In this document: piece after piece, positions 1 through 9,253 of the stretch
How the letters are laid out: each line of letters starts with the position of its first letter
Numbering within the stretch: the stretch's first letter is position 1
Origin: Bacteroidota bacterium
Lineage (GTDB): Bacteria; Bacteroidota; Bacteroidia; 2-12-FULL-35-15
NCBI GenBank assembly: GCA_037131555.1
Contig: JBAXQU010000007.1
Coordinates: forward strand, 1,504 to 65,503
Length of the DNA: 64,000 bases
Direction of reading: 5' to 3'
Translations under genes and position numbers: made by a program
The notes under the pieces: generated by a model
Told to the model about the DNA's origin: nothing
Databases searched by the model: none
The model's input: only the letters and a program-made list of their open reading frames with translations

Positions 1-1425
1 TTGTACGATACTTTTGGTTTTCCGTTGGACTTGACATCATTGATTGCTCGAGGATATGGATTAAGTATTGACGAAGTAGGGTTTCAGAAAGAGTTAGAGA
101 AACAAAAAAATAGATCAAGAGAAGCAACTTCGGTTGATACGGGTGATTGGATTTTTACGGATGGAACTAAACAAGAAGAAGGTGGCCGGATATTTCTTGG
201 TTATAAACAATTGGAATGCGAATCGAAGATTGTTCAATTTAGAAAGGTGAAAGCCAAAGGCAAAGAGCAGTTTCAGTTGGTTCTTGATAAAACACCATTT
301 TACGCTGAAAGTGGAGGACAAGTGGGGGATGCAGGTATTCTTGAGTCGGTCAATGAAAAAATTATGGTCACCGATACTAAAAAAGAAAATGGAATTATTA
401 TACATTTTACAGATAGGCTTCCCAATGACTGTTCACAAACATTTATAGCGAAAGTTGATAAAGAGAAACGCTTACTGACAGAAAATAATCATAGTTCCAC
501 ACACTTGTTGCATGCTGCTTTGCGACAAGTACTCGGCCCACATGTAGAACAAAAAGGCTCACTGGTAAATGAAGAGCATTTACGTTTTGACTTTTCTCAC
601 TTCTCTAAAGTGAGTGACCAAGAATTGGCCGAAATTGAAGCGATTGTAAATAAGAAAATCAGACAAAACATAAGTGGAGATATAAAAGAAATGGCCATTG
701 AGTCGGCACGAAAACTAGGTGCTATGGCTCTGTTTGGTGAAAAATATGGCGACATTGTTCGAGTTGTGACCTTTGACAAAGACTATTCAATTGAATTGTG
801 TGGAGGAACCCATGTTCATTCCACCGGCCAAATAGGACTGTTTAAAATTGTTTCGGAAGTAGCTGTAGCTTCAGGGATTCGAAGAATTGAAGCGATTACA
901 TCAATGAAGGCAGAGGATTTCTTTAACCAACAAACACAATTGGTGAGTGAGGTCAAATCCATTCTTAAAAATCCTAAAGATGTAGTTAAGAGCCTTCAAT
1001 TGTTGATTGATCAAAACTCGGAATTGCAAAAACAAGTTGAGTCAATGTTTAAAGAAAAGGCGAAAGCACTGAAAGTTGATTTGCTTTCAAAAAAACTGTC
1101 CATCAATGAAATTAATTTTATTGGAGAAAAAATTGACTTAGATTCTTCGGAAACAATAAAAGACCTTTCTTTTGAATTGCGTTCGCAGGTAGATAATTTA
1201 TTTATGGTATTAGGAGCTGAAGTAAAAGGTAAACCGACCCTTTCGCTTATCATTTCAGATAATCTCGTAAAGGAACGAAAACTAAATGCGGGTGCAATCA
1301 TTCGGGAATTGGGCAAGGAAATAGAAGGTGGAGGCGGAGGCCAACCCTTTTATGCAACTGCAGGAGGAAACAATTCGCAAGGTATTTCAAAAGCAATAGA
1401 AAAAGCTAAATCCTTTTTAAACTAA
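1..1425 (+). CDS. alaS: Alanine--tRNA ligase, C-terminal part (5' end outside window)
   Basis: YDTFGFPLDLT, TPFYAESGGQVGD, editing-domain HxxxH (NHSSTHLLH), SIELCGGTH and C-terminal DHHA1 GGGGG motifs. Confidence 0.97.
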   Translation: MYDTFGFPLDLTSLIARGYGLSIDEVGFQKELEKQKNRSREATSVDTGDWIFTDGTKQEEGGRIFLGYKQLECESKIVQFRKVKAKGKEQFQLVLDKTPFYAESGGQVGDAGILESVNEKIMVTDTKKENGIIIHFTDRLPNDCSQTFIAKVDKEKRLLTENNHSSTHLLHAALRQVLGPHVEQKGSLVNEEHLRFDFSHFSKVSDQELAEIEAIVNKKIRQNISGDIKEMAIESARKLGAMALFGEKYGDIVRVVTFDKDYSIELCGGTHVHSTGQIGLFKIVSEVAVASGIRRIEAITSMKAEDFFNQQTQLVSEVKSILKNPKDVVKSLQLLIDQNSELQKQVESMFKEKAKALKVDLLSKKLSINEINFIGEKIDLDSSETIKDLSFELRSQVDNLFMVLGAEVKGKPTLSLIISDNLVKERKLNAGAIIRELGKEIEGGGGGQPFYATAGGNNSQGISKAIEKAKSFLN

Positions 1426-1443
1426 AATTGTTAAAGAATAAGG

Positions 1444-2208
1444 ATGCTTCTAACTTTTATTAAAAAACAAGTTATTCCTGATTCCCTAATAATAAATTCT
1501 CTGTTTGCAAATCATCAATTGCAAACCAAATCGATTGAATATAAGTTTCATTATACTCATTACGACTACTTAGCTGCATCTATTCTATTTTTTTCATTTG
1601 TGCTCTTTGTTTGGATTTATATTTCTAACCACAAACATTTGAATCAAGTAGTAAAAGGATTTTACATCAATCGTTATGCTAATCAACTAACAAGAGATGA
1701 ATTCTCGTTTTTCAATAGAGCTACATTCATTTTATCCTTATTGTTTGTATTAACCTTGTCTTTATTCATTTCGCAGACCTTAACCTATTATGGCTTTGGC
1801 TGCATGTCGCTCAATTTTATGAAATTGTTTGGTATAACCACACTCACTGTAATTGGAACTTATTTTATAAAGCTGTGTACTGTTGGGTTTTCTGGGTTTT
1901 TATTTCAAAACACGAAAGCAACTTCCGATTACATTATGACTATTTTTCTATTTGCAAATACTCTTGGTTTGTTTTTGTTTCCAATTGTAATTTGCCTTGC
2001 CTTTGTGCGAAATGTTTCACCCTTGGTTTTCATTTATTCAGGAATATTTATGGTTGTGGCTTTCTTGTTCATTCGGTTTGTGAAAGGATTAAATATTTGG
2101 AGAAGCGGCTTAAAGGCGTCTCCACTCTATTTATTTTTATATCTTTGCACCCAAGAAATTTTACCATTTTTTATTTTGATAAAATTAGCAACCCTACTAA
2201 CAAAATAA
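1444..2208 (+). CDS. DUF4271-like multi-pass membrane protein
   Basis: About six hydrophobic segments, a C-terminal YLFLYLCTQEILP motif and the usual Bacteroidota position upstream of hemD. Confidence 0.8.
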   Translation: MLLTFIKKQVIPDSLIINSLFANHQLQTKSIEYKFHYTHYDYLAASILFFSFVLFVWIYISNHKHLNQVVKGFYINRYANQLTRDEFSFFNRATFILSLLFVLTLSLFISQTLTYYGFGCMSLNFMKLFGITTLTVIGTYFIKLCTVGFSGFLFQNTKATSDYIMTIFLFANTLGLFLFPIVICLAFVRNVSPLVFIYSGIFMVVAFLFIRFVKGLNIWRSGLKASPLYLFLYLCTQEILPFFILIKLATLLTK

Positions 2209-2263
2209 ATTTTGGTTTAATGATAAAGATGTTTTGTTTGTGTTTAAATTCAAATAAATAAAA

Positions 2264-3013
2264 TTGAAAGTAAGAACAATTCTAGTTACCCAGCCTAAGC
2301 CAGAAGGAGATAAATCGCCTTATTTTGATCTGGAAAAGAAATGTAAAGTTAAAATTGATTTTCGTCCATTTATTCAAATAGATGGAATCTCTGGATTGGA
2401 ATTCAGAAAGCAAAAGGTAAATATACTTGAGCATACTGCGGTTATCATTACCAGTCGAAGTTCAATTGACCACTATTTCAGGATGTGTAAGGAAATGAGA
2501 ATAAAGGTGCCAGAGGAAATGAAGTTCTTTTGTATTTCTGAGTCGACAGCCTATTACATTCAAAAATACATACAATACAGAAAGAGAAAAGTTTTTTATG
2601 GTTCGCAAACCGTGAGTGCATTGATGGAAGTAATTACAAAACACAGAGACGAAACTTTTTTGCTTCCTTGCTCGGACATACACAAAGAAGAAATAGCTGA
2701 AAAACTTGAAGAACAGCAAATAAAATACACCAGAGCAGTGATGTATAGAACGGTGGCTGCAAACCTTAAAGATTTGGAGAACGTTAATTACGATGTATTG
2801 GTGTTTTTTAGTCCTTCAGGAATAAAATCGTTGTATAAAAACTTTCCAAAATTTAAACAGAACAAAACTCGTATTGCTTGTTTTGGCCCTACTACGGCCG
2901 AATCGGTGAAAGAGGCAGGATTGAAACTTGATATACATGCACCCACAGCAAAGGCTCCATCCATGACAATGGCATTGGAGCAATACATTTTGTCTGTAAA
3001 CAAAGCGAAATAG
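2264..3013 (+). CDS. hemD: Uroporphyrinogen-III synthase
   Basis: TTG start; KVRTILVTQPKP, KIDFRPFI, YDVLVFFSPSGIKSL and APSMTMAL match Bacteroidota HemD. Confidence 0.9.
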   Translation: MKVRTILVTQPKPEGDKSPYFDLEKKCKVKIDFRPFIQIDGISGLEFRKQKVNILEHTAVIITSRSSIDHYFRMCKEMRIKVPEEMKFFCISESTAYYIQKYIQYRKRKVFYGSQTVSALMEVITKHRDETFLLPCSDIHKEEIAEKLEEQQIKYTRAVMYRTVAANLKDLENVNYDVLVFFSPSGIKSLYKNFPKFKQNKTRIACFGPTTAESVKEAGLKLDIHAPTAKAPSMTMALEQYILSVNKAK

Positions 3014-3102
3014 ATAAATTTATTCCATTTAAATTAGTTTTTGTTCACTCATCACATTTTCGCGTGTCAATTGACAGATAAATTCTACTTTTATATCGAA
3101 TA

Positions 3103-3474
3103 ATGAAAACGTTTAGTAAAGAAGAGAGGATTTGTGGCAAGATTACCATTGATGATTTGGTTGCAAAAGGAAAATCGTTCAATTCATTTCCCTTCCGCAT
3201 TGTTTGGTTGGAGGTGAAGGAACGTAAAGTGGCAGTGAAAGTGGTGATTAGTGTTCCGAAACGAATTTTTAAACGAGCCGTTGACAGAAATAGATTAAAG
3301 CGATTGACAAGAGAAGGATATCGAATGAACAAGGAAATATTGAGCTCAAGTTTGAAATCGAAAAAGGTAAATGTGCTATTTGTGTACACCGCAAAGACCA
3401 TATTAGAAGGAAACGAAATGCAGGAAAAAATGGTAGTAGCCCTTACGCTTTTGGCAAAGAAGATATTACTTTAA
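3103..3474 (+). CDS. rnpA: Ribonuclease P protein component
   Basis: Basic 123-aa protein with the RNR motif [22 protein letters not shown]. Confidence 0.95.
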   Translation: MKTFSKEERICGKITIDDLVAKGKSFNSFPFRIVWLEVKERKVAVKVVISVPKRIFKRAVDRNRLKRLTREGYRMNKEILSSSLKSKKVNVLFVYTAKTILEGNEMQEKMVVALTLLAKKILL

Positions 3475-3479
3475 TTGAT

Positions 3480-3710
3480 ATGCAAACCAGCAAGAATCCG
3501 TTGAGTTATCTTTTTATTGGTTTGATAAAAGTATATCAATACACCATTTCGCCATTGCTTGGCCCTTCCTGCAGATTCGAACCATCATGTTCGCAATACG
3601 GAATTGAAGCCTTTAAAAAACATGGTTTGATGAAAGGATTTGTACTTACTGTGAAAAGGTTTTCGAAATGTCATCCTTGGGGAGGACATGGACACGACCC
3701 TGTACCTTGA
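3480..3710 (+). CDS. yidD: Membrane protein insertion efficiency factor YidD
   Basis: [22 protein letters not shown]...[14 protein letters not shown]; follows rnpA. Confidence 0.96.
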   Translation: MQTSKNPLSYLFIGLIKVYQYTISPLLGPSCRFEPSCSQYGIEAFKKHGLMKGFVLTVKRFSKCHPWGGHGHDPVP

Positions 3711-3766
3711 ATAAATGAAAACAAAAAACAGATACTCTTATAATAAAAACAACTAAAATTAAACTA

Positions 3767-5506
3767 ATGAAAAAACTGAATTCTAAACTCAAAATTGTAA
3801 TTATAGCTTCCTCCATTGGATTGGTTTCTTTGTTATCCTATGGTTTTGTGGATAGCTATTTCGAAGTGTCGAAAAACCTTGACATTTTCGCTACCTTATT
3901 TAGGGAGCTCAATATTTATTATGTGGACGAAACTAATCCCGGACAATTGATGAAAAAGGGCATTGATGATATGCTTGCCTCCTTAGACCCTTATACTAAT
4001 TATATTCCTGAATCGGAGATTGAAGATTACCGATACATGACCACCGGACAATATGGGGGAATAGGTGCGTTGATTCATCAAGAGGGCGATTTTGTGGTGA
4101 TATCCGAACCTTATGAAGGATTTCCTGCACAGAAGGCCGACTTAAGAGCTGGAGACAAGATTTTAAAGGTGAACGATATTGATGTGAAAGGAAAAAAATC
4201 GGATGATATCAGTAAGTTTCTAAAAGGTCAAGCCAACTCCTCCATCAAACTTTTGCTTGAGCGAGAAGGGGAGAAAAAACCTATCGAGAAAACAATAAAT
4301 AGAGAGGAGATAAAAATAAAATCAGTTTCGTATTACAACATGATTAGTCCTTCTATTGGTTATATCAAATTGACAGGCTTTACTGAAAATGCAGCGAATG
4401 AAGTGAAAGAGGCATTGCTCGATTTGAAAAAGAAACCTGAATTAAAATCCTTGGTTTTTGATTTGCGCGGAAACCCAGGAGGATTGCTAAAAGAAGCCAT
4501 TGACATTGTGAACCTGTTCGCTGATAAAGGTACCATAGTGGTGAGTACCAAAGGTAAAGTGAAAGATTGGGACAATGTGCATAAAGCATTGAACAATCCT
4601 GTTGATTTGAATATTCCAATTGTAGTATTGGTAGATAGAGGTTCGGCTTCAGCATCTGAAATTGTTTCTGGTTCCATTCAAGATTTGGATAGAGGAGTGG
4701 TGATTGGTCAACGTTCGTACGGAAAAGGCTTGGTGCAACAAACCCGCCCATTGAGTTATAATGCACAACTCAAAGTGACAGTGGCTAAATACTATACTCC
4801 AAGTGGAAGGTGTATACAAGCATTGGATTATTCGCATAGAAACGAAGATGGCAGCGTGGATAAAGTTCCTGATTCGTTGATATCTGCATTTAAAACCAAG
4901 AACGGACGAATCGTTTACGATGGTGGTGGCATTGCTCCTGATATAGCTGTTGAGGCAGATAAATACAGTGCCTTGTTGCAAAGTTTGGTGACTAAAAATT
5001 TGATATTTAATTATGCTACCAAATACAGAGTGGCTCATGAAACCATACCTGCCACAAAGGATTTTAAATTGACTGATGCAGAATATGATGATTTTGTAAG
5101 TTTCTTAAATACCAAAGAGTACGACTATACTACCAAGACCGAGAAAGCCTTGCAAGAGTTAACCGATGATGCTAAAGCAGACAAAACATTGGATGCAATA
5201 AAAGGGGAGATGGACGCTTTGAAAACAAAAATATCTCACAACAAAAAAGAAGACTTGGTAAAATATAAACCAGAGATAAAACAATTTTTGGAGGAAGAAA
5301 TTGCTTCGCGCTATTATTTCCAAAATGGAAGATTGGAAGCTTCTATGAAAGACGACAAGGAATTAAAAGAAGCGATAGCCGTGCTTAACGACACTGAACG
5401 ATACACCAAAGTGTTGACCACGATTGTGAAAGCTGAAAAGCCGATGTACAACCCTGAGAAAAATAAATTAAAAGATATTCACAAGAGGCAATCATCAGAG
5501 AATTAA
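3767..5506 (+). CDS. S41 family C-terminal processing protease (CtpA/Prc-like, PDZ domain)
   Basis: LDPYT, GGIGA, DLRGNPGG, SASASEIV and GQRSYGKGLVQ motifs; N-terminal signal or anchor. Confidence 0.95.
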   Translation: MKKLNSKLKIVIIASSIGLVSLLSYGFVDSYFEVSKNLDIFATLFRELNIYYVDETNPGQLMKKGIDDMLASLDPYTNYIPESEIEDYRYMTTGQYGGIGALIHQEGDFVVISEPYEGFPAQKADLRAGDKILKVNDIDVKGKKSDDISKFLKGQANSSIKLLLEREGEKKPIEKTINREEIKIKSVSYYNMISPSIGYIKLTGFTENAANEVKEALLDLKKKPELKSLVFDLRGNPGGLLKEAIDIVNLFADKGTIVVSTKGKVKDWDNVHKALNNPVDLNIPIVVLVDRGSASASEIVSGSIQDLDRGVVIGQRSYGKGLVQQTRPLSYNAQLKVTVAKYYTPSGRCIQALDYSHRNEDGSVDKVPDSLISAFKTKNGRIVYDGGGIAPDIAVEADKYSALLQSLVTKNLIFNYATKYRVAHETIPATKDFKLTDAEYDDFVSFLNTKEYDYTTKTEKALQELTDDAKADKTLDAIKGEMDALKTKISHNKKEDLVKYKPEIKQFLEEEIASRYYFQNGRLEASMKDDKELKEAIAVLNDTERYTKVLTTIVKAEKPMYNPEKNKLKDIHKRQSSEN

Positions 5507-5547
5507 TCTTTGAAGATGATGAATATTAAAAAACAATAAACACGACA

Positions 5548-6153
5548 ATGGAAATAAAAACTGCGCAATTTGTAATGAGTAATACCGAGGTGGGCAAATG
5601 TCCTAAACCCGAATTGCCAGAATATGCCTTTATTGGAAGAAGTAATGTTGGGAAATCTTCTCTCATCAATATGCTTTGCGACCGCAAAAACATGGCGAAA
5701 ACTTCGGGTAAGCCAGGCAAGACACAACTCATTAATCACTTTGTAATCAACACCAATTGGTACTTGGTGGATTTACCTGGTTATGGTTATGCCCAAGTAT
5801 CGAAAGATAAAAAAGAAGTATGGGTAAAGTTTTTGCAAGATTATATCCTTAAACGGGAGAGCTTGATGTGTATGATGGTATTGCTCGACTCGAGGATACC
5901 CATGCAAAAGATAGACCTTGAGTTTATGAATTGGTTGGGCGAAAACGAGATTCCGTTTGTGATGGTATTTACCAAGATTGATAAGCTATCGAAAAAACAA
6001 TTTGCAGACAATATTGCTAAATATAAGGAAGACATGGGTGCTCATTGGGATGCACTGCCTCAGTGTTTCTATACTTCGGCCGAAAAAAAGAAAGGAAGAG
6101 AGGAACTTCTTGACTTTATCGGGAAGAGCAATAAATTATTCAAAAAGCTGTAA
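5548..6153 (+). CDS. engB: Ribosome biogenesis GTP-binding protein YihA/YsxC
   Basis: G1 GRSNVGKS, G2 PGKT, G3 DLPGYGYA, G4 TKIDK. Confidence 0.96.
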   Translation: MEIKTAQFVMSNTEVGKCPKPELPEYAFIGRSNVGKSSLINMLCDRKNMAKTSGKPGKTQLINHFVINTNWYLVDLPGYGYAQVSKDKKEVWVKFLQDYILKRESLMCMMVLLDSRIPMQKIDLEFMNWLGENEIPFVMVFTKIDKLSKKQFADNIAKYKEDMGAHWDALPQCFYTSAEKKKGREELLDFIGKSNKLFKKL

Positions 6154-6242
6154 ATTCCCCTTTATTGGTATGGTCAATAGTATTTGGGCGGCCTATTTTG
6201 ATGCGAATAAGATAAAATGTTTTAGTATTTGCTAAAGAATCT

Positions 6243-6250
6243 TATATTTG
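6243..6250 (+). promoter_or_regulatory. Bacteroidota -7 promoter element for the ppiD-like gene
   Basis: TATATTTG matches TAnnTTTG, about 60 bp upstream of ATG 6314. Confidence 0.6.
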
Positions 6251-6313
6251 CACCCCCAATTGAAAAAATAGGGACAAAAAGTTTAACATAAAAGTAAAAA
6301 ATAATAATTAAAG

Positions 6314-8506
6314 ATGAGTATTTTAGAGAGATTACGTAAGCGTTCGGGATTACTAGTTGCTATTGTTGGTATTGCCTTGTTGGCTTTTGTACTAACCGGT
6401 TTATTCGAAAGAGGTAGTTCTCTTTTTGGTGGTTCGTCAAGAGCTGTAGGTGAAATTGGTGGTAAGTCGATTGACTACAATGTATTCAATCAGAAAGTAC
6501 AGGAAGCCTTAGAAAACCAAAAAAGAAATGGTCAGAAAACTTCGTTGACTGCTGAAGAAACCGATCAAACGGTTCAACAAGTGTGGAACCAAACCATCAA
6601 CGAAGAGGTGATGGATAAAGAATACGCTAAATTGGGTATAGGTATATCTGACGAAGAATTGTACGATTTAATGGTGGAACATCCGCACTCGGCTTTGGTA
6701 CGTAACCTTAGCGACCAACAAGGTAAAGTATCGCAAATGTTTGCTGACCCAAAAACTGGTCAAGTGAGCCCTGAGAAAATAAAAGAATTCACCAAGAAAA
6801 TGACCGATGAACAAGAAGGTCAGTGGACTAAACTTGAGGAGTACATTAAACAAGTGCGCACAGTAGAAAAGTATAACAACCTTATCAAAAAAGGTCTTTA
6901 TATGCCAAGTGCTTTTGCGAAACGCGACTACATTGCTCAAAATTCAAATGCTTCTATTAAATATGTAATCAAAAATTACAAATTGGTGGTGGATAGCACC
7001 ATCAAAGTAAACGATGGCGATTTGGACAAATATTACAAAGCTCACCAAAACGAATTTAAACAAGAAGCTTCGCGCAAACTCGAGTACGTTACCTTCGACA
7101 TAGCTCCAACTCCTGAAGATTTTGATGATGCTAAAAAAGCATTGCAACGTGTGGCTGATGAATTTAAAACTAAAAAAACTACCGAAGATTCGGCATTTGT
7201 AATTTCCGAATCGGAAACCCGCAATTTTGATGTGACCTTCCATACAAAAGGTACGCTTTCGCCAATGATTGACACCATTATGTTTAAAGCTGATGTAGGT
7301 ACAGTGGTAGGACCCTATTTAGAAAACGGAGCCTTTAAAATATCGAAACTAGAAGCAAGCAAAATGTCGGCCGACTCGGCACACGTTCGCCATATATTGG
7401 TAGCTTACAAAGGAAGTGGTGCTTCGCAAACAGTAACACGTACTAAAGAACAAGCTAAGAAAATGGCAGATAGTTTGGTGGTATTGTTGAAGAAAAAAGC
7501 CGATTTCAAAGATTTCGTTGCTAAATTTTCTGACGATGGAGGAAAGAATTCTGCTGCAGATCCTAAGAATCCTAAGAAATTTATTATGGGTAAAGATGGC
7601 GACTACGGTTGGGTGAATGCTAAGAGTGGTTTTGTTGACCCTTTTAAAAACGCAGGTTTGGATGGTAAGAAAGGTGATTTAGTAGTAGTTGAATCTCAGT
7701 TTGGATACCACATCATGGAAGTGCTTGATACAAAAGGTAAACAACCTAAAGTACAAGTATCGACTATTGAAAGCAAAGTGGAACCTAGCAACAAAACCAT
7801 GCAAGCAGTATTTGTGAAAGCAAGCGAATTTGCTGGTAAAAACACTACTAACGATTTGTTTCAAAAATCGGTGTTGGAACAAAAACTTAACAAACGTATT
7901 GCTGATAACATTAAAGAAAACGATAAAACCATTGCTGGTTTGGAGTCGCCACGTGCTTTGGTACGTTGGGCTTACGAAAGCAAAAAAGGAATGGTGTCGG
8001 AGCCACAAGAGTATGGCGATAAATTTGTGGTAGCTGCTTTAACTGAAGTGCGCGAAAAAGGAATTGCTCCTATGGAACAAGTGAAAGACGACTTAACAGC
8101 TAAAGTAATAAAAGAGAAAAAAGCAGAACAATTTACTACCGAAATGACAGCTGCTATGGCTGGTGGTGCTACCATCGATGCAATAGCTGCTAAACTTAAG
8201 GTTGCAGTGGAGCAGGTTCCTTCTGTTAATTTCAACACTACTGCTATCCCGGGATCGGCTAACGAGCCAGTGGTAACAGGTACTGTGGCTGCCATGAAAG
8301 GAAAATCGATGAGCAAACCGCTTGTTGGTAAAGAAGGGGTGATAGTGGTACAAGTAGATGCTAAAACCGATGCTCCTGCACAAAAAGACTATAAAGCACA
8401 ACAAACCCAAATGGTAAGCCAAATGAGTTCGAGAGTGGATTACGAAGTTTACGATGCATTGAAAAAGAATGCAAACGTAGAAGAACATTTGGTACGTTTC
8501 TATTAA
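6314..8506 (+). CDS. PpiD-like membrane-anchored periplasmic chaperone / parvulin-type peptidylprolyl isomerase
   Basis: N-terminal TM (LLVAIVGIALLAFVL), SurA-N-like region and parvulin motifs VRHILV, FSDD, GDYGW, ESQFGYHI. Confidence 0.88.
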   Translation: MSILERLRKRSGLLVAIVGIALLAFVLTGLFERGSSLFGGSSRAVGEIGGKSIDYNVFNQKVQEALENQKRNGQKTSLTAEETDQTVQQVWNQTINEEVMDKEYAKLGIGISDEELYDLMVEHPHSALVRNLSDQQGKVSQMFADPKTGQVSPEKIKEFTKKMTDEQEGQWTKLEEYIKQVRTVEKYNNLIKKGLYMPSAFAKRDYIAQNSNASIKYVIKNYKLVVDSTIKVNDGDLDKYYKAHQNEFKQEASRKLEYVTFDIAPTPEDFDDAKKALQRVADEFKTKKTTEDSAFVISESETRNFDVTFHTKGTLSPMIDTIMFKADVGTVVGPYLENGAFKISKLEASKMSADSAHVRHILVAYKGSGASQTVTRTKEQAKKMADSLVVLLKKKADFKDFVAKFSDDGGKNSAADPKNPKKFIMGKDGDYGWVNAKSGFVDPFKNAGLDGKKGDLVVVESQFGYHIMEVLDTKGKQPKVQVSTIESKVEPSNKTMQAVFVKASEFAGKNTTNDLFQKSVLEQKLNKRIADNIKENDKTIAGLESPRALVRWAYESKKGMVSEPQEYGDKFVVAALTEVREKGIAPMEQVKDDLTAKVIKEKKAEQFTTEMTAAMAGGATIDAIAAKLKVAVEQVPSVNFNTTAIPGSANEPVVTGTVAAMKGKSMSKPLVGKEGVIVVQVDAKTDAPAQKDYKAQQTQMVSQMSSRVDYEVYDALKKNANVEEHLVRFY

Positions 8507-8543
8507 TACCAAAGTAGTTCTAGTAATAGAATACATCAAACAG

Positions 8544-8579
8544 AAACCTTGGAGTAAGCAATTACTTCAAGGTTTTTTT
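8544..8579 (+). terminator. Rho-independent terminator after the ppiD-like gene
   Basis: AAACCTTGGAGTAA-gcaa-TTACTTCAAGGTTT stem (one G-U pair) running into a T tract. Confidence 0.8.
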
Positions 8580-8590
8580 ATGAACATTAG

Positions 8591-8610
8591 TTACCGCTAA
8601 GGCAGAAAGG
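8591..8610. repeat. Left arm of an imperfect 20-bp inverted repeat (partner 11374-11393), REP-like
   Basis: TTACCGCTAAGGCAGAAAGG matches the reverse complement of 11374-11393 (TTGCCACTAAGGCACAAAGG) at 17/20. Confidence 0.5.
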
Positions 8611-8679
8611 AAATTGGAATGTAGAATTAAGAATTCACAATGTAGAATTTGGTGTGTATTGAACAACCATCAACGCTTT

Positions 8680-8952
8680 ATGAACTCCTTTTCCTTCAAC
8701 ATGAACTCATTTACGTTCTAAATGAACTCACTTACGTTCTAAATGAACTCACTTACGTTCTAAATGAACTCACTTACGTTCTAAATGAACTCATTTACGT
8801 TCAATATGAACTCATTTACGTTCTAAATGAACTCATTTACGTTCTAAATGAACTCATTTGCGTTCTAAATGAACTCACTTTTGTTCTAAATGAACTCACT
8901 TACGTTCTAAATGAACTCGTTTTTACTTAAAACGAACTCCTTTTCAGGTTTA
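8680..8952. repeat. Intergenic tandem array, about 13 x 21 bp
   Basis: Consensus ATGAACTCAYTTACGTTCTAA with units starting at 8680, 8701, 8722 ... 8932. Terminal units are degenerate; core units carry GAAC-N8-GTTC. Confidence 0.95.
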
Positions 8953-9210
8953 CTATACCAATGTACGGGTATACTTTAACAAAACCAACCCAAAGGTTAT
9001 ACAAACCAAAGCATACCATTATATATATGTAGGAGATTTTTAGTAATATTTTCGATAATTGAAACAAAACCATATTTCTATCCTCCCTTGGCGACCTAAG
9101 TATGCTTCACTTTTTTATGGTTCAAAACCTCGACACCATCAACAAAGGCGAGTTTACCCTCGAGTTTCTTTAAATTTTTATAACGAACATTAAGAAGTCA
9201 TTCATTAAAT

Positions 9211-9237
9211 CCCACCCCGAAAGGGGTGGGGTTTTTT
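9211..9237 (+). terminator. Rho-independent terminator-like hairpin
   Basis: CCCACCCC-GAAA-GGGGTGGG followed by GTTTTTT. Confidence 0.75.
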
Positions 9238-9241
9238 GTTG

Positions 9242-9249
9242 TATATTTG
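9242..9249 (+). promoter_or_regulatory. Bacteroidota -7 promoter element
   Basis: TATATTTG ends 4 nt before the probable start codon at 9254. Confidence 0.55.
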
Positions 9250-9253
9250 GAGG

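Noticed and set aside
8701-8910. LexA (SOS) boxes in the GAAC/GTTC units
   Set aside because: Spacing is GAAC-N8-GTTC, not the Gram-positive GAAC-N4-GTTC or the alphaproteobacterial GTTC-N7-GTTC.
8649-8930. 93-aa heptad-repeat ORF (VLNELTY)n over the 21-bp array
   Set aside because: TTG start; differences between core units are non-synonymous (I/T, L/Q, N/Y, Y/C, Y/F) with no synonymous variation, so the frame is probably open only because the unit has no stop in it.
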